DNA from: an uncultured Gemmatimonadales bacterium
GTDB taxonomy: Bacteria > Gemmatimonadota > Gemmatimonadetes > Longimicrobiales > Gaopeijiaceae
Direction of reading: 5' to 3'
Length of the DNA stretch: 64,000 nt
Assembly: GCA_963809895.1 (NCBI GenBank)
Contig: CAWELD010000003.1
Coordinates: 3,392,001-3,456,000 of the forward strand
Below, piece after piece: positions 1 to 9,839 of this stretch. The notes under the pieces are model-generated. The model was not told the origin of the DNA and did not search any database. It saw only the letters and a list, made by a program, of their open reading frames with translations. Position 1 is the stretch's first letter. The number at the start of each line of letters is the position of its first letter. The position numbers and the translations under genes are program-made.

Positions 1-1834
1 CGTCCCGGAGCATCTTCCCCACCGGGATCCCGGTCCAGCCCGAGATCACCTGCCCCACCAATTCGCCGTCCACGGTCACCGGCACCAGGGGATCCTCTCC
101 CTGGAGCGCGTCCAGCTCCTCGTCCAGCGCCACCAGCTCCCGTCGCAGCGCCTCGGGGTCGGCCTTCTCCGGGGCGGATTCGGGGGATTCCGGAGCGGCG
201 TCGGAGTCTCCGGCTCCGTCGGCTCCCGCCGCGGCCTCTTCGTCGCCTGCGGGGGCCGCCTCGGCCGTGGCCTCGGGGAGATCCTCGTCTCCCAGGTCGT
301 CGGCCGCAGCGCCGGCGGTGGCCTCCAGGGTCCGGCGGAGCTCCCGGATCTTGCCCACCAGCTCGGCTTCCTTCTCCCAGCGCTCCTTGAGCTGACGTAG
401 CTCCTCTTCGATGGTGTCGTGCTCCTCTTCCAGCCGCGCCAGGCGCTCGCCGTGGTCCAGCCCGAGCGCCTCCTCCCGGCGGAGCACCCGCATCTGCACC
501 TCGACGTCCTGCAGCCGGCGGGTCGCGGACTCCACCGGTGCCGGGGTCGAGCTCTGGCCCAGGGCCAGCCGCGCGCAGGCCGTGTCCAGCACGCTCACGG
601 CCTTGTCCGGGAGCTGCCGATCCGAGAGGTAGCGGGCCGACAGGTCGACGGCGGCTTCCATGCCGTCATCCAGGATGCGTACGCCGTGGTGCTTCTCGAG
701 GCGCGGCACCACGCCTCGCATCATGACCTTGCACAGCTTCTCGGCCGGCTCCTCGACCTTGACGAGCTGGAAGCGCCGCGTCAGCGCCGGGTCCTTCTCG
801 AAGTACTTCTTGTACTCGGACCAGGTCGTGGCGGCCAGCGTGCGCAGTTCACCCCGCGCCAGCGCCGGCTTGAGGAGATTGGCCGCATCGTTCTGCCCTG
901 CGGCGCCTCCGGCCCCGATCATGGTGTGGGCCTCGTCGATGAAGAGGATGATGGGCGTGGGCGACGACTTGACCTCGTTGATGAGGCCCTTGAGCCGGTT
1001 CTCGAACTCGCCCTTGACCCCCGCACCGGCCTGCAGGAGGGCCAGGTCCAGGCTCCGCACCGACACGTTGCGGAGCACGGGGGGCACCTCGCCCGCTGCT
1101 ACGCGCATGGCGAATCCCTCCACCACCGCGGTCTTTCCGACGCCTGCCTCACCCACCAGGATCGGGTTGTTCTGGCGACGTCGGGTCAGGATGTCCACCA
1201 CCTGGCGGATCTCGAAATCCCGGCCCAGCACCGGATCCATGCGGCCCTGACGCGCGTCTTCGGTCAGGTCGGTGGTGTACTTGTCCAGGTGCGTGGTCTT
1301 GCCACCTCCCGGACGCGCCGGAGCCTCTCCCGAGGCGCCCGTGGACTGGCGGGGGCCGTCCTCTTCCGACGACGCCCCCACGATGCTCTCGAAGTCCCGT
1401 CGCAGCTCGTCGCCGGAGATCTTGGCGAACTCGGAGCTGGAGGTGGTGAGCCGCTGCTGCAGGTCGCTGTCGGACAGCAGCGCCATGAGCGTGTGCCCCG
1501 TGCGGATGCGCGAGGCGCCGTAGTCCAGCGATCCGATGAGCCACGCCTCGCGCAGCATACTCACGATCTTGGGGCTCAGGGTGGGCCGGTCACCGCTCCC
1601 CGTCTTCATGCGGTCGAGGCGACTGGTGAGATCCGACGCCAGCCGTGCGCGGTCCACGCCGAAATGCTTGAGGATGAAGGCCACGTCCGAGTCGGTGTGG
1701 TCCAGCACCTTCATGAGATAGTGGTCGATCTCGACGTCGTAGTGCGTCAGGGACATGCAGTAGCCGGCGGCGGCGTCCAACGCGGCCCGGGTCTCGTCGT
1801 CGAGCTTGCCGATGAGGGCTTTGAGATTGATCAT
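1..1834 (-). CDS. tssH: T6SS AAA+ ATPase ClpV/TssH (3' end runs off the window)
   Basis: Not in the ORF track because there is no stop in the window. Manual translation from ATG at 1834 gives MINLKALIGKLDDETRAALDAAAGYCMSLTHYDVEIDHY..., then DPVLGRDFEIRQVVDILTRRRQNNPILVGEAGVGKT (Walker A), IILFIDEAH (Walker B) and YIEKDPALTRRF-type motifs. It lies directly downstream of tssG. Confidence 0.95.
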   Translation of the reverse strand, partial: MINLKALIGKLDDETRAALDAAAGYCMSLTHYDVEIDHYLMKVLDHTDSDVAFILKHFGVDRARLASDLTSRLDRMKTGSGDRPTLSPKIVSMLREAWLIGSLDYGASRIRTGHTLMALLSDSDLQQRLTTSSSEFAKISGDELRRDFESIVGASSEEDGPRQSTGASGEAPARPGGGKTTHLDKYTTDLTEDARQGRMDPVLGRDFEIRQVVDILTRRRQNNPILVGEAGVGKTAVVEGFAMRVAAGEVPPVLRNVSVRSLDLALLQAGAGVKGEFENRLKGLINEVKSSPTPIILFIDEAHTMIGAGGAAGQNDAANLLKPALARGELRTLAATTWSEYKKYFEKDPALTRRFQLVKVEEPAEKLCKVMMRGVVPRLEKHHGVRILDDGMEAAVDLSARYLSDRQLPDKAVSVLDTACARLALGQSSTPAPVESATRRLQDVEVQMRVLRREEALGLDHGERLARLEEEHDTIEEELRQLKERWEKEAELVGKIRELRRTLEATAGAAADDLGDEDLPEATAEAAPAGDEEAAAGADGAGDSDAAPESPESAPEKADPEALRRELVALDEELDALQGEDPLVPVTVDGELVGQVISGWTGIPVGKMLRD

Positions 1835-1843
1835 GGCGGCCCC

Positions 1844-2887
1844 TCAGAGGGTGAGGACGGTATCGTCGGCGTCTCGGGCCATGGGGGCCGAGCGGAGCCA
1901 GGTGGACCATCCCAGGGGAATATCGTCGTCTTCGCCGAGCTCGATGCGGGGCACATCGCCCCGTTCGAGGATCAGCTTGACCTCGAACTCGATCTCGTCG
2001 TTGGAAAAGAAGCGCGTGATGGCCCGCAGATCGCGGTATGCGGAGCCGGTGGGCAGGAACTCCCGGTACGTCTCCAGGGGCAGCGGGCCCAGCGTGAGGC
2101 GGACCCTGGAATTGGGATCCCAGACCTCGTCGCCGACCAGGGCGCCCAGGCCGAGCTGCGAGGAGTAGTCGTCGGACTCGTCGTCCACGCGGCACTGCAC
2201 GCTTTCGGACACGTCGTACCAGGCACCCACGAACTGCTCGACCTCGACAGGCACTTCGAAATAGTCCTCGAGGATCTGCTCGAGGGCGCCCGCGCTCCGT
2301 TGGCGGGTGGCCAGGAGCCCCACGTAGGGGAGGAGCAGGCGCGCATCCAACTCCAGCGCGTCGCGGGCACCGGCATCGCCCAGTCCCACCAGGTCGAACA
2401 GGTGCGTGGTGACGGGATCCTCTTCGCCACGCTCGAAGGGCGCGTAGAACCGGTAGCGCTCCCAGGCCCGATAGAAGAGGGAGACCAGCCGATGGTGGAA
2501 GAGGTCCAGGAAGTCCAGCAGCGCCGGGTGTCGGTTGCGCGCCCGCTCGGATACGAGGACGGAATAGTGCCGCGGGAGCACGCCCATGTGTCCCACCAGC
2601 CCCATGAAGTTCACCCGCATGCGCCAAGGCGCCTCGTCTCCGTCGTCGAAGAGCTCGTCGATCTCGCTGGCGGGAAAGGCCAGGTCGGGGTTGGAGCCGA
2701 AGCGAAGGATCTCGTTGGCGGGATCGCCGAAGTACCCCACCCGCTCGCGATCCGGGTGGAGCCGCTGGAGCAGGCGCACGGCCTGGAAGAACCGGAAGGA
2801 ATGGAGGTCCTCCACCAACTCCCGGTCCAGCGAGCGCATCTCGGCTCCGGTCAAAGGAGCGGCTTCAGTCCTGCCCTCGGTGGCCAT
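1844..2887 (-). CDS. tssG: T6SS baseplate subunit TssG
   Basis: C-terminal 347 aa of ORF 1844..4267, from MATEGR. Motifs FRFFQAVRLL, LAFPASEI, VNFMGLVGHMGVLPRHYS, FLDLFHHRLVSLFYRAW, LGWSTWL. Overlaps the tssF 3' end. Confidence 0.93.
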   Translation of the reverse strand: MATEGRTEAAPLTGAEMRSLDRELVEDLHSFRFFQAVRLLQRLHPDRERVGYFGDPANEILRFGSNPDLAFPASEIDELFDDGDEAPWRMRVNFMGLVGHMGVLPRHYSVLVSERARNRHPALLDFLDLFHHRLVSLFYRAWERYRFYAPFERGEEDPVTTHLFDLVGLGDAGARDALELDARLLLPYVGLLATRQRSAGALEQILEDYFEVPVEVEQFVGAWYDVSESVQCRVDDESDDYSSQLGLGALVGDEVWDPNSRVRLTLGPLPLETYREFLPTGSAYRDLRAITRFFSNDEIEFEVKLILERGDVPRIELGEDDDIPLGWSTWLRSAPMARDADDTVLTL

Positions 2888-4680
2888 GCCTTCAAAATCT
2901 CCGGACGCTGCCTGGTTCGTGCAACAAGGCGTGAAAAGCTGTTGAGCGACGCGTACTGTGCGAGGAAGCGCTCCAGCACCGAGGCGAACAGGAAGACGCT
3001 GTCCCCGGTGAAGGCCTCTTCGTCGAATTCGATCTCCACGCTCCGCCCCCGGGCGAAGCTCAGCCCGTGCGCCCCGTGCACCGGTGCCTGCATGGGTTCG
3101 CTGCGGATGCCCAGGATGCCGTCGATGTGGCGCTGCGCCAGCGGAGATCCGCCGAAATCGTAGAGCCGGAGCATCTCCTTGAAGGCGTCGGCTCCCCGCT
3201 CCACCAGCGACAGGTGATTCAGGGACAACATGGACACCAGACGCCAGAACTGCCGACCGCCCAGCGGCGGTCGGATCGCCCGCGTGGGCGTGATCAACGC
3301 CGAAATGGCCTTGAGCGGCGCGGCTTCCTCTTCCAGGTAGAAGTCCGAGGGCGCGGTGCCGAAGGGGAGCTCGTTGGGCAGATTGCCGTTGGAGCAGAGC
3401 ACCGTGGCCGCCACCGAGTGGAACTCGGGGTGCAGGGTCGTGCCTTCCACGTCGACGAAGGCGATCCAGACGTCCGAGGCGCCGTCCCGTGCCCAGCGTC
3501 GGGGCTCCCGACGCGAGTACCAGAACGCGGCGGGCTCCGAGTCGCCGGAGCGGTGCCGGAGGGCGTAGAAGGGCTCGAAGGGCACCTTCTCGGTGCTGCC
3601 CGCCGAGATGGCCGCCACGCTCTCGATGGAGAACACCTCGGCATCCCCCTGGATCGAGACCGGATACTCGACCTTGCGCTGGTCCAGGGTGATGGGCCGC
3701 GAAGTGGCGGAGAACAGGTTGACGACGGGCGTGCACCCGAAGCGGAACGTCTTTCTCCCGACCCCTTCCTGGAGGCGTGCGTGGCGCTCGGGAAGCTGGA
3801 AGCGCGAGATGTAGAACAGCACCTGCGCCGAGGTGCCCAGCTCGGTGGAGCGCAGGCGTTCGAGGCCGCCCAGATCCAGGAAGAAGTACTTGCGCGGAAA
3901 GGCGAAATACTCCTGGATCATGCGGAACGGCAGGAACGACCGGCGCGGCTGGGGGATCATGCCCTGGTTCGGCTCGAATCCCACCGGCCTGAGCTCGCGG
4001 GCCGGCAGCGTGAAGCGCCGCTCGGGAGTCTCGGGATCCCACACCACGATGTGGGTGCAGTTGTTCAGCAACAGCTCGTAGAGCCCACCGATGAGCCCCG
4101 GCTCGCCGTCCAGGAAGAAGCGCAGCTCGGAGATCGGCAGCTCGTTGAGCGGCAGCTGTCCCAGCGATTCCAGGTCGAGGCGCAGCACCGCGGCCGCGTC
4201 GGTGGGCGTGGGGTGCCCGATCTCCTGGGGCGAGTGCCAGCCCGCGTCGCGCACCCGCAGGGGCCACAGCGTCGTCTCGTAGCAGGTGCGGAAGCGCCAG
4301 CGGCTGCCGTCGGTGGCCGGAGGGGTCACCAGGCGCGCGTGCCGGGGAATCGTCCAGCCGCTGGCCAGCATGCTCTGATCCGGATCGAGCTCGAGCTCCA
4401 CCAACGACATGGAGGGCAGCGGCCGCAGGTAGTGGGGATAGACGACGTTCAGGAGCGCCTGGGCGATCTCCGGAAAGTCGTCGTCTACCTTCAGGTGCAC
4501 GCGCGCCGCGAGGAACGCAAAGCCCTGCAGGAGCCGCTCGACGTGCGGGTCCTCGGCTCGCGTGGCCTCCAGTCCCAGGCGTGACGCGACGGCCTTGTAA
4601 TCCTGGGCGAACTCGGCTCCCAGCTTGCGCAGGAACGTGAGCTCCCGCTCGTAGTAGTCGAGAAGCCGTTCGTCTCTCAT
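2851..4680 (-). CDS. tssF: T6SS baseplate subunit TssF
   Basis: LLDYYERELTFLR, EDPHVERLLQGFAFLAARVHLKVDDDFPE, YPHYLRPLPSMS, QEYFAFPRKYFF, CTPVVNLF, FASVLERFLAQYASLNSF. Confidence 0.96.
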   Translation of the reverse strand: MRDERLLDYYERELTFLRKLGAEFAQDYKAVASRLGLEATRAEDPHVERLLQGFAFLAARVHLKVDDDFPEIAQALLNVVYPHYLRPLPSMSLVELELDPDQSMLASGWTIPRHARLVTPPATDGSRWRFRTCYETTLWPLRVRDAGWHSPQEIGHPTPTDAAAVLRLDLESLGQLPLNELPISELRFFLDGEPGLIGGLYELLLNNCTHIVVWDPETPERRFTLPARELRPVGFEPNQGMIPQPRRSFLPFRMIQEYFAFPRKYFFLDLGGLERLRSTELGTSAQVLFYISRFQLPERHARLQEGVGRKTFRFGCTPVVNLFSATSRPITLDQRKVEYPVSIQGDAEVFSIESVAAISAGSTEKVPFEPFYALRHRSGDSEPAAFWYSRREPRRWARDGASDVWIAFVDVEGTTLHPEFHSVAATVLCSNGNLPNELPFGTAPSDFYLEEEAAPLKAISALITPTRAIRPPLGGRQFWRLVSMLSLNHLSLVERGADAFKEMLRLYDFGGSPLAQRHIDGILGIRSEPMQAPVHGAHGLSFARGRSVEIEFDEEAFTGDSVFLFASVLERFLAQYASLNSFSRLVARTRQRPEILKAWPPRAGLKPLL

Positions 4681-4714
4681 GCGGTCAGGCAGCCTGCCTC
4701 TGGATGGAGCGGTC

Positions 4715-5191
4715 TCATTCCGTCACGGTGAAGCGCCCGCTGTTCATCTCGAGCACCGTATCGAACTCCACGCGCTCGGGGTCCGGGTCCAGGCGCAGCG
4801 TCGCCTCGATGACGAACTTCAAGCTGCGCGTGGACTTGCTCTTGGCATCGTCGTCGGCGCGGTGGATGCGTACGTCCCTGAGGCGCGGCTCGAAGAGCTC
4901 GATCTCGCGCTCGATCATGCGCAGGAGCCGGGCCGGCGTCGTCGAGGCGTCGGCGCTCATCGACGCGAAGTCCGGCAGCCCGTAGTTGTAGATGGAGTTC
5001 TCCAGCTCCACCCGTGGAGCCGTGGCCGGCGAGCCGCTCTCGCGAGTGTTCAGGAGCCACTCCAGGTCCCGCAACAGGTTGTCCTTGAGCCGCTCCACCG
5101 AGCCGTCCCAGTCGCGGGGCTCCGGCTCCTCGCGGATGATACGGTCCAGGATCGACTGCCGGACCCTCGACGGGCGGTCACGCTGAGCCAT
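4715..5191 (-). CDS. tssE: T6SS baseplate subunit TssE (gp25-like)
   Basis: From MAQRDRP: SILDRI, RDLEWLLNTR, SIYNYGLPD, IELFEPRLRDVRI, FVIEATL. Confidence 0.92.
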   Translation of the reverse strand: MAQRDRPSRVRQSILDRIIREEPEPRDWDGSVERLKDNLLRDLEWLLNTRESGSPATAPRVELENSIYNYGLPDFASMSADASTTPARLLRMIEREIELFEPRLRDVRIHRADDDAKSKSTRSLKFVIEATLRLDPDPERVEFDTVLEMNSGRFTVTE

Positions 5192-7061
5192 CGCCTTCCT
5201 CCGTCGACTCGGCGCCGGCCTCCGCGGGCTGAGCCGGGGCCGCGGCCTTGCCCCCGGCGGCGGGCGCAGCCGTGGTGGCACTGCCCTCGAGCGAGATGGC
5301 CAGCACCGGGTCCAGACGGCAGATGTCGTCGTAGAGCTGCTGGCGCTTGCGATCGTTGGCCGGAAGGCACCTGTAGAGGAGCCCCAGGGGCCGGGCGATC
5401 ACGGCGGCCGGCTCCCACTGCTCCAGATTGCGCTTGCCGATCTGGTCGACGAGCTGCTCCAGGATGGGCCGCGCGACGCCGGTGCTGCCCATGTCCACCA
5501 GCACCGAGGCCGCCAACGACTCGGTGATGAAGCGGGCTCGGGGGCTCTCCTCGCGGTCGGCACGCTTCATGAGAAGCTCCACCCCCCGGCGCGGGTTGCC
5601 CGACGCCACCCACTCCAGGGCCTTCTCGTGGGTGGCCTCGCTGAGGACGCGGTCCCGGTCGTAGTCCGGGCTCGCGCTCGCCCCACCGTCGGCCTCGCCA
5701 TCCCCCCCCACCAGTCCCGACAGCCGCAGCCATTCCACCGTCTCGACGTTGGCGGTGGGCGTGTCGTCCATCAACGTCTTGTCGAGGATCTCCGGGAGAT
5801 CGCGCAGGAGTTGGGCGATCTCGCCCTGGATCGCCTCGGCTACCGGACGGTAGGTGGACCCGAGATTGTCCAGCGCAGTGAGCACGTAGCGCTGCAGATC
5901 GAGCCAGCCACGACCGCTGGGCGTCGCCATGACGTCTTCACAGGCGCTCAGGAGCGCCTCCCACTCTCCGTTGAGGAGGTGCATCTTGAGGCGCTTGCGC
6001 AGCTCCGTGGAGGGCGCGTCCAGCAGACGCACGTCCAGTCCGCTGCCGGTACGCAGCTCGCCCCAACGGAGCGCACGCAGGACCAGGTACGGGGCCGGAT
6101 TCGTGGGATCGGCCTTGCGCAGATAGCGGGCGGCCGAGGTGATGCGGCCCTGGGCATCGTCGGAGCTCGCCGGCTCTGCGGACAGCGAGCCTCCGCTCCG
6201 GGGCGCCGCAGCGGCTGCTGGCGCACTCGGGCCACCGGCGTCAGTCTCTGGACTCGCGCTCGCATCGTCCGCACCCGGTGTCGCGGCGGCCTCCGCTTCG
6301 GGGGGATCCGGGTCGGTCTCCAACTTCTTCTCGACGAGGACGCCCACGTAGGTCTGAGCCCGCTCCAGGCTCTCCCGGAGATGCGTGAAGCTCGGGCGAT
6401 GGCCCTTGCTGTCGGCGTAGCGCTGCCCGCACAGCTCCTGAAGCGCCGCCACCTCTTCGAGACAGCCCTTCACCTCCGCCTCGCGCTCCCGGTACCACGC
6501 CTTGGAGGTCTCGGCGAAGCCCTGCTCGAAGTTGTCGGACCGGGGCGCCCGCGGGTCGTCGTCCTCGTCCTTGCCCTTCTTGCGCGCGTCGCCTTCGCCG
6601 AAGGAGTCCTTCTTGATCCCCCTCCACGATTCGAAGTGGTGCAGGTGATGGCCCCACGAGGTGATGGAGACGAACTTCACCGGTTCGTAGCGTTCGTCCC
6701 TGGCCTTGAATCCGTCGCCCATGTAGTCGAGAACGAAGGCCCGGTCCTCGGGATGCTCCGGAAAGAGGTGATCCCAGAGCCCGTCCAGAAGCCCGTGGAC
6801 CAGTCGCAGGCCCTGGCGCAATCCCCCGAAGCCGTCCATGTGGAGTCGCGCCTCGGTGTACCACACGGCCACGGTGAGATCCTTGGACTCCCCGGTGAGG
6901 ATCTCGGTGGCGACCTCCACCACCTCGGCGAAATCGCCTTCACCGTCCCTGGCCTCTTCGCGCAGGTCGGTGAGCCGGGAGTAGATGGTCTCATAGCTGA
7001 CGTCGGTTCCCCCGGGGCGCTCCTCGTCGATGGGCGCCAGCAGCTCGTCCAGCCCGCTCAT
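5178..7061 (-). CDS. tssA: T6SS protein TssA (ImpA_N plus VasJ-like C-terminal region)
   Basis: From MSGLDELLAPIDEERPGG: ESKDLTVAVWYTEA, GLRQGLRLVHGLL..LWDHLFP, PAPYLVLRALRW, WLDLQRY, DDTPTANVETVEWL. Confidence 0.9.
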   Translation of the reverse strand: MSGLDELLAPIDEERPGGTDVSYETIYSRLTDLREEARDGEGDFAEVVEVATEILTGESKDLTVAVWYTEARLHMDGFGGLRQGLRLVHGLLDGLWDHLFPEHPEDRAFVLDYMGDGFKARDERYEPVKFVSITSWGHHLHHFESWRGIKKDSFGEGDARKKGKDEDDDPRAPRSDNFEQGFAETSKAWYREREAEVKGCLEEVAALQELCGQRYADSKGHRPSFTHLRESLERAQTYVGVLVEKKLETDPDPPEAEAAATPGADDASASPETDAGGPSAPAAAAAPRSGGSLSAEPASSDDAQGRITSAARYLRKADPTNPAPYLVLRALRWGELRTGSGLDVRLLDAPSTELRKRLKMHLLNGEWEALLSACEDVMATPSGRGWLDLQRYVLTALDNLGSTYRPVAEAIQGEIAQLLRDLPEILDKTLMDDTPTANVETVEWLRLSGLVGGDGEADGGASASPDYDRDRVLSEATHEKALEWVASGNPRRGVELLMKRADREESPRARFITESLAASVLVDMGSTGVARPILEQLVDQIGKRNLEQWEPAAVIARPLGLLYRCLPANDRKRQQLYDDICRLDPVLAISLEGSATTAAPAAGGKAAAPAQPAEAGAESTEEGDGSA

Positions 7062-7069
7062 GGCCGAGG

Positions 7070-7786
7070 TCAGGTCTCGGAGGGACCGTCGATGACGAGC
7101 TCGCGCAACTCGAGGATGGGAAACTCCTCGTCGTCGACCAGGAGCATCTTCTGGCCCACGGGAGCCTCGTCTCCGTCGGAGAGCTCCACCCACCGGGTGA
7201 CCCGCCCGAGACGGACCTCGTCGTCGGGGTCGGAGCTCGCGGACGCCGTGAGCGCCGGCACCAGGGCATCGCCGAGCTCCACGCCACCCAGGGGCTCGCC
7301 GCCCGTAATCTGCACGCGTGCCCACAGGAGGTCACGAAGTCGCTGCGGCGCCTCCATGCGAACCGATGCCAGGTGCTCCAGCGCGAACCAGCGATACTGG
7401 CCTTCGATGAATACCTCGAGGCGGGGGCCGATCCGGGGATCGGCGTCCTCGAGCCGCTCGAAAGGCTTGCCGTTGAGCGTGCCCCGCACCGGACGAGGCG
7501 CAGGATCGCCGGGCTCCGGGAACGCGCCGGATGCGAACATCTCGGCGCGTTCCCGTTCGCTCTCGATGACGTGCTTGTAGGCGATGATTCCCAGGGCCGC
7601 CTCCGGGTCCATGCGTGCGAGCACGTCCAGCTGCTTGCCCGCGCGCTCGTAGTCGCCGGCGAAGCTGAGCAGCTCGAACAGAAACGTGCGTCGCTGCACG
7701 TCGGTGGGGTCGTCCCGCACCTCGGCGTTCAGGGCCTCGATGGCCGCCGTCAGCCTGCCTTCCCGATAGAGGGCCCTGGGATCCAA
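7070..7786 (-). CDS. tagJ: T6SS accessory protein TagJ/ImpE/SciE
   Basis: GRLTAAIEAL..EVRDDPTD..RRTFLFELLSFAGDYERAGKQL, DADPRIGPRLE, RDLLW, VRLGRVTRW, GQKML. TTG start. Confidence 0.9.
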   Translation of the reverse strand: MDPRALYREGRLTAAIEALNAEVRDDPTDVQRRTFLFELLSFAGDYERAGKQLDVLARMDPEAALGIIAYKHVIESERERAEMFASGAFPEPGDPAPRPVRGTLNGKPFERLEDADPRIGPRLEVFIEGQYRWFALEHLASVRMEAPQRLRDLLWARVQITGGEPLGGVELGDALVPALTASASSDPDDEVRLGRVTRWVELSDGDEAPVGQKMLLVDDEEFPILELRELVIDGPSET

Positions 7787-7806
7787 GAGCGTCTCCCGCC
7801 CAGGAC

Positions 7807-8292
7807 CTACGCCACCCCGGTGCGGACGTCCCAGCTACCCACGTGGTCGCCACCGCGGGTGCCGTCGGGATTCTGCTCGGCGTAGGTGATCTCCACGCGG
7901 CCGAAGTCGAAGTTGACCACTTCCTGGGGGACCGGGTCACCCGAGTCGGCACCCGACCACTGGATGGCCGACACGTACAGCTCCTCGAAGTCGTACACGA
8001 GGTAGTCCAGGGCGGCGCTGCCCCCCGACTTGTACAGGGTCAGCTTGCCCGTGGGAAAATGCTCCCCGGTGCAGCACTTCATGAAGAGCTCGGCGCTGGC
8101 TGCATCGGTCTTCTTGACGACCGTGAAGGGGGACAGGCTCACCGTGCCGGTGCCGCCGCCGCCGCCGACGCCCACACTCGAGGGATTGGAGGCGCCGAAA
8201 TCGAAGGAGATGATCTCGATCTCCCCCTCGTGTCCGCTCCTCTGGGACTCGCCAGAGACTCCTTCGATGGTCAGATATGCATCCCACGCCAT
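7807..8292 (-). CDS. hcp: T6SS tube protein Hcp/TssD
   Basis: DAYLTIEGVSGESQ..HEGEIEIISF, VKKTDAASAELF, GEHF, EVVNFDFGRVEITY, WDV. RBS GAGGAGG upstream. Confidence 0.96.
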   Translation of the reverse strand: MAWDAYLTIEGVSGESQRSGHEGEIEIISFDFGASNPSSVGVGGGGGTGTVSLSPFTVVKKTDAASAELFMKCCTGEHFPTGKLTLYKSGGSAALDYLVYDFEELYVSAIQWSGADSGDPVPQEVVNFDFGRVEITYAEQNPDGTRGGDHVGSWDVRTGVA

Positions 8293-8342
8293 GGTGTCCT
8301 CCTCGGAGGGTTAGTTGGTGGCACTCACGTCAGATCCGGCGG

Positions 8343-9839
8343 CTACTCCGTCGGAACGTCCGCCACGAGGCGGAGCGAGAAGTCCACCGCGTCCAACTGG
8401 AAGTGCGGCCTCAGGTACGCCACCGCCTGGTAGGTTCCCGGGGCTCTGGGGTTCTCGATGACATCGATGCGCGCATCGGAGAGCGGCTTTTTCGCCTTGG
8501 CGTCTTCCGAGGCTCCTTCGCTCTTGAGCACGTACTCGCCGATCCAGTTCTGCAGGAACTTCTGCAGCTCGCTACGGCTCGTGTAGCGCCCGATCTGATC
8601 GCGCATCATCACCTTCAGGTAATGCGCGAAGCGCGATACCGCGAAGATGTAGGGAAGCTGCGCCGAGATGGCCGCGTTCGCCGTGGCCGCGTCGCCACCG
8701 GTGCCGACGTACTCCTTCGGCTTCTGAGCCGACTGCACGCTGAAGAACACCGCGTTGGGCGAGTTCTTCTCGTTGGCCAGCGGCGCGAAGCCGAGCTTGG
8801 CCATCTCCATCTCGTGGTCGTCGGGGATGACGACCTCGGTGGGACACTTCATGGCCACGTCACCGGCGTCCGTCTCGAAGGTGTGGACGGGCAGCCCCTC
8901 CACCTTTCCTCCGGACATGACGCCCCGGATCCTGGCGCACCATCCGTGGCGAGCGAAGGCCGAGGTCACGCGTCCGGCGAGCCCCCAGGCCGAGTTGCCC
9001 CACAGGTAACGGTCGTGCTCCTTGCCCGAGACGTCCTCCTCGAAGTCGAAGGTGTCCAGGGGATTCTGCTTGCCGTAGGGCTCGCGGAGGAGCATGCGCG
9101 GCGCCGTCAGCGCCACGTAGCGCGAGTCCTCGTTCTCCCGGAACGCCCGCCACTGGGCGTACTCCGAGCCCTCGAAGATCCCCGACAGCTCGTACATGTT
9201 GTCGAGCTCGGTGAAGCTCTCGAAGCCGAACATCTCCGCCGACGCCGACGTCAGGAACGGAGCGTGGGCCGTCGCGGCGATCTTGGACATGGCCTCCAGG
9301 AGCTTGATGTCCTGGCCGGTCTTGTCGAAGGCGAAATCGCCCACGATCGCGCCGTACGGCTGACCGCCCAGCACGTTGTACTCCTGCTGGTAGATCTTGT
9401 TGAAGAGCTGGCTCCGGTCCACGCCCATGGCCGCACGGCCCGCCGTGGTGTCGCGCAGGAGCTCCTTCTTCGTGATGGGAAAGACCTTCACCTTCAGCAT
9501 GGGGCCGGTCTCGGTGTTCGCCACCAGGTAGCGGAGCCCGGTCCAGGTCGCTTCCAGCTTCTGGAACTTCTCGTGGTGGATGATCTCGTTGAGCTGCTTC
9601 GACACGAGGCGATCGATCTCGGCGATCTGCTGGTTCAGCATCGCCTCGGTATCGGCGCTGAAGGTGACCGCGCCTTCGAGCACGTCCTTCACGAAGAGCT
9701 TGATCATCTCGCGGCCGCGGTCGGCCGCGTCGGGCTCCTTGCCCCACCTTCCTTCGTCTACGAGCTGGTCGAGGAGACTCTGCTCGGTGACCTCGGCTTC
9801 GGCAGCGGCCGGTGCCTTTTCCTGTTCAGGACTCGCCAT
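8343..9839 (-). CDS. tssC: T6SS contractile sheath large subunit TssC (VipB)
   Basis: IDRLVSKQLNEIIHHEKFQKLEATWTGLRYLV, AHAPF, WRAFRENEDSRYV, YLWGNSAW, MKCPTEVVI, QLPYIFAVSRFAHYLKVMMRD, YLRPHFQL. Confidence 0.97.
   Translation of the reverse strand: MASPEQEKAPAAAEAEVTEQSLLDQLVDEGRWGKEPDAADRGREMIKLFVKDVLEGAVTFSADTEAMLNQQIAEIDRLVSKQLNEIIHHEKFQKLEATWTGLRYLVANTETGPMLKVKVFPITKKELLRDTTAGRAAMGVDRSQLFNKIYQQEYNVLGGQPYGAIVGDFAFDKTGQDIKLLEAMSKIAATAHAPFLTSASAEMFGFESFTELDNMYELSGIFEGSEYAQWRAFRENEDSRYVALTAPRMLLREPYGKQNPLDTFDFEEDVSGKEHDRYLWGNSAWGLAGRVTSAFARHGWCARIRGVMSGGKVEGLPVHTFETDAGDVAMKCPTEVVIPDDHEMEMAKLGFAPLANEKNSPNAVFFSVQSAQKPKEYVGTGGDAATANAAISAQLPYIFAVSRFAHYLKVMMRDQIGRYTSRSELQKFLQNWIGEYVLKSEGASEDAKAKKPLSDARIDVIENPRAPGTYQAVAYLRPHFQLDAVDFSLRLVADVPTE

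Noticed and set aside
419..3163. 914-aa plus-strand ORF and many other long overlapping ORFs (e.g. 24406..27357, 35246..37282, 43778..45700)
   Set aside because: Antisense or off-frame shadows of recognisable genes, expected in high-GC DNA. No motifs of their own.
1844..4267. Apparent 807-aa TssG
   Set aside because: The N-terminal 460 aa overlap tssF in another frame. Homology starts at ATG 2887.
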